A stretch of DNA of 64,000 nucleotides from a bacterium (GTDB lineage: Bacteria; Electryoneota; Electryoneia; Electryoneales; Electryoneaceae): NCBI GenBank assembly GCA_043801585.1, contig JAZDLX010000184.1, forward strand, positions 17,683 to 81,682, given 5' to 3'. Position numbers and translations under genes: made by a program. The notes under the pieces were generated by a model. It did no database searches. It was not told the origin of the DNA and saw nothing but the letters and a program-made list of their open reading frames with translations. Positions 58,649 to 64,000 of the stretch are shown one piece after another (position 1 is the first letter of the stretch; each line of letters opens with the position of its first letter).

Positions 58649-59483
58649 TCGAATCCTCCAGCACTTGATGCAGGGTGTGTTTCAATAGATTTTTCAAAGC
58701 TTTACGTCGATACATTGCCGAAGCACGCAGGTCGTCGATGGGAGCAATGGACTTGTCCACAAGGTCGATACCACGATCGATCGCCTTTGGATCATCGAGC
58801 ACGGCATTGGTGAAAGCGTCCAGCGTAACCACCGTCGGCGCAACCGCTCCAGCCGCGATGCGCAACGATTCAAAACCGGACGAAGTGGCTTTGTAGACGA
58901 TAGCAAAATTGACCACCGAGATCGCCATCGCCTTGCGCAGACCAAGTTTGACAAACCGGGAATCCGCACCGCTGATCGGAACGGTAATGCTCTTCAGAAT
59001 CTCGCCGGGCTTCAGCGCCGTTTTGCCCGGGCCGAGGGTGAATTCCTGGATCGGAACGGATCTCTGCTCCGTCCTGCTCACGATGTTCAACTGCGCATCC
59101 ATTGCCACAAGAGGCGGGATCAAGTCCCCGGCGGGCGACGCGTTGACGATATTCCCGCCGATGGTCGCCCGGTGACGGATTTGAACCGCCGCGAACTCAT
59201 CCCCTGCCTCTGCCAACGACAGAGTGCGACTGCGAATCTCCTCTGACCTCTTGATCTCTTCGATGGTCGTCAGCGCACCTATCTCGAAATGATCACCATG
59301 CAGAGTAATCCCGGAGAGCTCCGCAACGTGCTTCACATCCACGAGCTCCTCCGGCATCGACATCCCCTGCTCATAGCGCGGCATCAGATCCGTTCCGCCC
59401 GCGAGCAGAACACAGACATCTCCTGACACCGAGCAGAGATGGCGAAGGAGTTCGTCCAGCGATTGCGGGCGGGAGTATCTCAT
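58641..59483 (-). CDS. Xanthine dehydrogenase-family FAD-binding subunit
   Basis: LAGGTDL, IGALTT, QIRHRATIGGNIVNASPAGD, GAVAPT, PIDDLRASA.YR. Confidence 0.92.
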   Translation of the reverse strand: MRYSRPQSLDELLRHLCSVSGDVCVLLAGGTDLMPRYEQGMSMPEELVDVKHVAELSGITLHGDHFEIGALTTIEEIKRSEEIRSRTLSLAEAGDEFAAVQIRHRATIGGNIVNASPAGDLIPPLVAMDAQLNIVSRTEQRSVPIQEFTLGPGKTALKPGEILKSITVPISGADSRFVKLGLRKAMAISVVNFAIVYKATSSGFESLRIAAGAVAPTVVTLDAFTNAVLDDPKAIDRGIDLVDKSIAPIDDLRASAMYRRKALKNLLKHTLHQVLEDSSE

Positions 59484-59968
59484 TTCCGCTTCTCCCCCGC
59501 ATCCACAACCGCGTCGAGAATCTTGTGGTAGCCCGTGCAGCGGCAGGTGTTTCCGGCAAGCCCCTGGGAGGCATCCTCACGGGCGGGATGAGGATGATCC
59601 TGGAGCACCTGCACGCCCGACATCACCATCCCCGGAATGCAGTAACCACACTGGACAGAATGTTTTTCGACAAACGCGTCGATCAATCCCGCATACTCGG
59701 ACCGATCGCCCACCCCCTCGATTGTAACAATATCGCAGCCGTGCGCCTCGACCGCGAGAATCAAACAGGAGTTCACCGATTTGCCGTCCAGCAGGATGGT
59801 GCAGGCGCCGCATTCCCCCTCGGCGCACACCTCTTTGGCGCCCGTGAGATGCAATTCGTCACGGAGGAAATCCAACAGGCGAAGACGGGTGGAAACCGTC
59901 TTCCGCACGATTTTTCCGTTGACCGTCAGTTCGAGGTCGAACCGTCCACTCTCGCTGCTGGCAATCAT
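59480..59968 (-). CDS. Xanthine dehydrogenase-family 2Fe-2S subunit
   Basis: RLLDFLR..LTGAKEVCAEGECGACT, QCGYCIPG, GNTCRCTGY. Confidence 0.93.
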   Translation of the reverse strand: MIASSESGRFDLELTVNGKIVRKTVSTRLRLLDFLRDELHLTGAKEVCAEGECGACTILLDGKSVNSCLILAVEAHGCDIVTIEGVGDRSEYAGLIDAFVEKHSVQCGYCIPGMVMSGVQVLQDHPHPAREDASQGLAGNTCRCTGYHKILDAVVDAGEKRK

Positions 59969-61215
59969 CCTTCCACTCCCGCCGACCGCATGAATTTTTC
60001 GAAACCTTCAAGCGTCGGTTCCACCGGCTTCGGTATCTCGATCTGTTTCCGGGCAGCGGAGACATCCTTGAGTCCCGATCCGGTGATCGTCACCACAACC
60101 CGTTCACTCGCACCCAAAGAACCCTGCTGGTGCGCCTTGATCAATCCGGCAAACGCGGCGGCCGCCGCCGGTTCCGCGAAGATTCCAGAGGCCGAAGCAA
60201 GCCTGCGCTGTGCCGACAGAATTTCATCGTCAGAGATGGTGATCGCACCGCCGCCCGTTTCGCGCACCGCCCGCACCGCCTTGAGACCGTCGCGGGGAAA
60301 ATCCACGGAGATGCTGTCCGCCACGGTGTTCGCTTTCACCGGTTGCAGTTCGCTGTCGCTGTGAATCACGTTCGCGATAGCCGCCGAGCCCTCCGCCTGG
60401 ACGGCCATGATCTTCGGTATTCGCTCGATCCAGCCGAGCGAGAGCAGATCGTGAAATCCCTTGTAGATGCCGCCGATGATGCAACCGTCCCCGACGGGAA
60501 CGAATACACGGTCGGGAACCTCCCATTCGAGTTGTTCGGCTATTTCAAGAGCGACTGTCTTTTTCCCCTCGGACATCACAGGGTTGACGCCGGTGCTACG
60601 CAGGTACCAGCCCCTCTTTTCCGCAACCTGCAATGTCAGGTCGAAGGCGTCATCATAGCTCCCCGCAACGGGACAGAGTGTCGCTCCGTACTGAAGGATC
60701 TGCGTCAATTTGGCCGGCGGAGCCGAGGCCGGAGCGAGGATCACCGCTTTCACCTTGTGCCACGCCGCGAGGCACGCCAGCGAAGCCGCGGCGTTGCCGG
60801 TGGAGGCGACAACGATGGTCTCGTTGCCCGCCTCCACCGCATGACGTATTCCCACCTCGCTTGCCCGGTCCTTCAGCGACGCGGATGGATTTCGTGTATC
60901 GTCTTTCACCCACAGTCTGTCGATTCCAAATTCTGCCGCGAGACCGGCGAGCTCGACCAGGGGAGTTCCTCCAACCTGAATCGAACGTCGCCGAGGTGCG
61001 GATTCAACCGGCAACAGGGGCAGGTACCGCCACAGCGAACGGTCCCCATCCGCTGCCAGCGCCTCACGCGACCAGCGTCCGGCGATCTCCGAATAATCGT
61101 ACAGCACGTCGAGATTCCCGCCGCACGCCTCGCAGGTCATGCGAAACGGTTTGGCGGGATATCCATGACCGCACCGCACGCAACGAAACCCTGTCAGTGA
61201 CGATTCACGATCCAT
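59965..61215 (-). CDS. thrC: Threonine synthase-like PLP enzyme (fold type II)
   Basis: N-terminal CxxC..CxxC; NPSASLKDR, ASTGNAA, EGKKT, PVGDG, VQAEG, EPA, TGSGLKD. Its role in this cluster may not be Thr synthesis. Confidence 0.75.
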   Translation of the reverse strand: MDRESSLTGFRCVRCGHGYPAKPFRMTCEACGGNLDVLYDYSEIAGRWSREALAADGDRSLWRYLPLLPVESAPRRRSIQVGGTPLVELAGLAAEFGIDRLWVKDDTRNPSASLKDRASEVGIRHAVEAGNETIVVASTGNAAASLACLAAWHKVKAVILAPASAPPAKLTQILQYGATLCPVAGSYDDAFDLTLQVAEKRGWYLRSTGVNPVMSEGKKTVALEIAEQLEWEVPDRVFVPVGDGCIIGGIYKGFHDLLSLGWIERIPKIMAVQAEGSAAIANVIHSDSELQPVKANTVADSISVDFPRDGLKAVRAVRETGGGAITISDDEILSAQRRLASASGIFAEPAAAAAFAGLIKAHQQGSLGASERVVVTITGSGLKDVSAARKQIEIPKPVEPTLEGFEKFMRSAGVEG

Positions 61216-61222
61216 CGTCCAC

Positions 61223-62698
61223 CTACTGGTAAGCCTTCAACAGACCGGTCCGTTCGTTGAATTCCTCGATCTTCGCGTCCCACTCCTCGACCTTCGCGAA
61301 TTGATCGGACCAGTATTTCTCGTCGTACCACTGAGCGTTGAGTTCTTCGACACTTTTGCCCTGCTGTTCGACCCAGGTGAAATATTTGAGGTTGTGCATT
61401 CGTTTCCGGTCGTAGTGGGACAGTTCAAGCATGTTATCCTTGTCGAGTCCGAGCAGACGGCCCTGATAATCCACCGCTGCATCCATCTCGGTATACCTGC
61501 CGAAACGTTGTCGTTCCTCTTTGATACGCGACTGGTACATCTCCATCGAGTCGGTACCGACGGTGAAGACCACATCGTTCGAGCTGAACTCGTAATACTT
61601 CGCCATCTTGATCGCACCGAGGATGTTCGCGATCCCGGAGATTCCGAAATGATGCAGACCGGCGATGAACGTTGGATCCACACCCTTTTTCTTCAGCAAG
61701 GCGTGTCCAGCGGGCTCGTTGAAGAGACGCATCAGGCGCATAACGACGTCGTCATCGAGGTCCACAACCATGTCCATCGATTTGACGTTGTGAATCCACG
61801 GCACATGTTTGTCGCCGATGCCCTCGATTCTGTGTGCACCGTAGCCGTTCAGCAGCAATGTCGGACATTGCACCGCTTCGCCCGCCGCCACCTTGATCCT
61901 GGGGAATGCCTCTTTCAGGTAATCGCCCGAGCCGAGTGTCCCCGCGGAGCCCTGCGTCAGGAAAAGGCCGCTGAACCGCTCGCCCGGCCTGACGTTCTCG
62001 TGGAACACCTGCTCCATCGCCGGTCCGGTGACTGCGTAATGCCAGAGAGCATTGCCGATCTGGTCGAACTGGTTGAGCACGACGATTTCGTTGCCGCGCT
62101 TCGTGACCAGTTCCTTGACCTTGTCGTAGATTTCCTTGACATTGCTCTCGCCGCCGGGTGTGCGGATAACCTCGGAACCGATCTTCTCCAGCCATTCGAA
62201 ACGCTCCCGGCTCATCTCTTCCGGCAACACTGCGATGGACCCGCAGCCGAGTAGCGCCGCGTCATAGGCTCCGCCCCGGCAGTAGTTCCCGGTGGACGGC
62301 CATAGCGCCTTCTGGCGGGTGGGGTCGAATTGACCGGACACCAATTTTTCCACCAGCGGACCGAATGTCGCGCCCACCTTGTGTGCGCCGGTCGGGAAGT
62401 ACTTCCCGAGCAGGACGAAGATCCTCGCCTTGACGCCGGTCAACTCGCCCGGCAACTCGACGTAATTCACTCCGCCGAAACCGCCACCTTTCTTCTTCGG
62501 TTCGTTTTTCCAGGTGATCCGGAAAAGGTTGCGGGGATGCAAATCCCAAAGACCGATGCTCTTCAGTTCCTTTTTAATTCCCTCGGGAACCAGGGTGGGG
62601 TCTTTCATCTGTTTGTAGGTCGGGATGATGATCCCTTTTTCACGGCACCGCTGCACCGTCGCTTCGAGCACTTTTTTATCTGACGTCATCGTTTTCAT
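61223..62698 (-). CDS. Uncharacterised fold type II PLP-dependent enzyme (cysteine synthase-like, 491 aa)
   Basis: FPTGAHKVGA (PLP Lys), WPSTGNYCRGG, PEEMSRERF, GSAGT, HRIEGIGDKHVP. Confidence 0.8.
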   Translation of the reverse strand: MKTMTSDKKVLEATVQRCREKGIIIPTYKQMKDPTLVPEGIKKELKSIGLWDLHPRNLFRITWKNEPKKKGGGFGGVNYVELPGELTGVKARIFVLLGKYFPTGAHKVGATFGPLVEKLVSGQFDPTRQKALWPSTGNYCRGGAYDAALLGCGSIAVLPEEMSRERFEWLEKIGSEVIRTPGGESNVKEIYDKVKELVTKRGNEIVVLNQFDQIGNALWHYAVTGPAMEQVFHENVRPGERFSGLFLTQGSAGTLGSGDYLKEAFPRIKVAAGEAVQCPTLLLNGYGAHRIEGIGDKHVPWIHNVKSMDMVVDLDDDVVMRLMRLFNEPAGHALLKKKGVDPTFIAGLHHFGISGIANILGAIKMAKYYEFSSNDVVFTVGTDSMEMYQSRIKEERQRFGRYTEMDAAVDYQGRLLGLDKDNMLELSHYDRKRMHNLKYFTWVEQQGKSVEELNAQWYDEKYWSDQFAKVEEWDAKIEEFNERTGLLKAYQ

Positions 62699-63684
62699 CC
62701 TTCATATCCGCCCATCGTCATCGCCATCACGGCTTTCGACGTGTGCAACCGGTTTTCCGCCTCGTCGTAGATCACCGACTTCGGTCCGTCGATCACGGCG
62801 TTTTCCACCTCATTGTTCCGATCCGCCGGGAGCGCGTGCATGTACAGCGCCGTGTCCTTCGTCAGCGCCATCCGCTGCTCCGTGCACTTCCAATGACGGT
62901 TCTTCTCGAGCAGGTCGTCCACAACATCCTTGGAGGGGTTGCTCACCCAACTCCCCCAGTTCTTGGGAATGACCACATCAGCATCACGGTACGCCGCCTC
63001 CTGATCGTGGGTGATTGTCACCGTCCCGCCGTTGGCTTTGGCGTTCTCCTCCGCCTGCTCGATCGCCCAGTCGGGAAGCGGATACCCCTCCGGATAGGCG
63101 AGGGTGACATCCATCCCGAAGCGGGGGAACAGCAGCACCTGCGAGAGCGGCACCGAGACCGGCTTCTTGTGACTCGTCGCATAGGCCCAGATGATCGACA
63201 CCTTCTTGCGCGGCAACTCTTTCAAATGTTCGCGCATCGTCATCAGGTCGGCGATTGCCTGCAACGGATGGTAGAGATCGCACTGCATGTTGATCACCGG
63301 CACGGTTGCCCATTTGGCGAGGTCGCGAAGGTACTTGTTTCCCTCGTTCCAGTTGCAGTTGCGGCAGGCGATGGCATGGCCGTAGCGGCTGAGGATGATC
63401 GCCGTGTCCTTCGCCACTTCGCCGTGTGATATCTGCATCGTGCTCGTGTCGAGGAAGTGGGCGTGACCACCCAACTGGGTAGCCCCGGCTTCCATGGAGT
63501 TTCGCGTTCGTGTGGACTGCTCGAAGAACATCAGGAACACCGTCTCGTTCTTCAGGTACTCGGTGAGTTGGCGCGACTTGAACTTGTTCTTAAGATCCTG
63601 AGTCACCCTTAGCAAGGCCTCGATCTCGTCACGATCCCACTCCTGAAGAGTGATAAAGTGCTTACCTAAATACTTGCTCTTCAT
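62695..63684 (-). CDS. Carbamoyltransferase of the knotted YgeW/AOTCase-like group
   Basis: STRT, HPLQ.IAD, WAY..HKKP.SVP, PKNW, MHALPADR, EAENRLH; ATG 63684 after SD GGTGGAG. Confidence 0.85.
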   Translation of the reverse strand: MKSKYLGKHFITLQEWDRDEIEALLRVTQDLKNKFKSRQLTEYLKNETVFLMFFEQSTRTRNSMEAGATQLGGHAHFLDTSTMQISHGEVAKDTAIILSRYGHAIACRNCNWNEGNKYLRDLAKWATVPVINMQCDLYHPLQAIADLMTMREHLKELPRKKVSIIWAYATSHKKPVSVPLSQVLLFPRFGMDVTLAYPEGYPLPDWAIEQAEENAKANGGTVTITHDQEAAYRDADVVIPKNWGSWVSNPSKDVVDDLLEKNRHWKCTEQRMALTKDTALYMHALPADRNNEVENAVIDGPKSVIYDEAENRLHTSKAVMAMTMGGYEG

Positions 63685-63815
63685 CTTGCACTCCACCTTA
63701 CGCTTGAACGGGTCTATTGACCTCGCCCGTGGAACCAGGGTTCTGCTTTGAGCTTCCTGCTATACCGGGCTGCGTTGTCTTCCCGTTGCCCGGTCGTACC
63801 TCGACACTTCCTTTT

Positions 63816-63933
63816 GTGTCATCACCAGCGCCGGATTCATCGGCGCGCGGTGATCTCCAATGTGTTTTAAACGACGTACTGATTTGGAGATTGCCGCGGC
63901 CTCCCGCTATCGCGGGAGGCCTGGCAATGACAC
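63816..63933. repeat. Intergenic palindromic (REP/RPE-like) element
   Basis: GTGTCATCACCAG..GCGGTGATCTCC-spacer-GGAGATTGCCGC..CTGGCAATGACAC with internal hairpins GCGCCG/CGGCGC and GGCCTCCCGC/GCGGGAGGCC; matches the widespread GTCATTGCGAG..GCAATCTC/GAGATTGC..CGCAATGAC architecture. Confidence 0.7.
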
Positions 63934-64000
63934 CAAAGAAAATCACTTGTAAATGAGCGTTTCTCATTCCGTCGGATCGTGAATGACGAACGGCCGGCAT

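Noticed and set aside
56795..58813. 672-aa plus-strand ORF
   Set aside because: Antisense shadow of ygfK.
47166..63684. Selenocysteine (in-frame UGA) recoding in the selenium-related cluster
   Set aside because: The intact ORFs are full length without internal UGA; yqeB/yqeC systems use a labile Se cofactor rather than Sec.
63698..64000. 100-aa minus-strand ORF at the window edge
   Set aside because: Reads through the palindromic repeat and has no family motif; the tail of a real upstream gene cannot be fully excluded.
1..64000. CRISPR arrays, tRNA/rRNA genes, IS elements, prophage or defence systems
   Set aside because: No regularly spaced repeats, cloverleaf or rRNA signatures, or transposase, integrase or phage motifs were recognised by eye; a covariance-model scan would be needed to exclude small RNAs.

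Overview
Gene-dense, fairly GC-rich bacterial window. T9SS/FlgD-type C-terminal sorting domains, a PorV-family barrel and a TonB receptor suggest an FCB-superphylum, probably non-Bacteroidota, anaerobe or facultative anaerobe (inference). In order: (i) the 5' end of a cheA gene running off the left edge; (ii) a six-gene operon with a non-catalytic FGE/C-type-lectin protein, a TPR lipoprotein and a family-5 ABC importer; (iii) a small 3-TM protein coupled to a hybrid PAS histidine kinase whose N-terminus resembles it; (iv) pldA and a type-2 ileS with non-canonical GVHH/RFSKT motifs; (v) a 14-gene, fully overlapping aromatic amino acid supra-operon (aroF-trpEGD(CF)BA-aroB-aroDE-aroA-aroK-aroC-tyrA-class IV aminotransferase) behind an unannotated 45-codon leader peptide (WW...WWWYY...F...F) with a clear antiterminator/terminator; (vi) a SusD-less TonB/PorV/T9SS locus with a triple OB-module surface protein and a secreted DNase I-like nuclease, a candidate extracellular nucleic-acid utilisation system; (vii) a cold-shock gene; (viii) a selenium-dependent molybdenum-hydroxylase/anaerobic purine catabolism cluster (yqeB, yqeC, mocA, xdh subunits, ygfK, amidohydrolase, two PLP enzymes, knotted carbamoyltransferase) ending in an internally deleted hydantoinase pseudogene; (ix) a palindromic repeat element near the right edge. 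No rRNA, tRNA, CRISPR array or transposase was recognised. All calls come from motifs read by eye, not from database searches.
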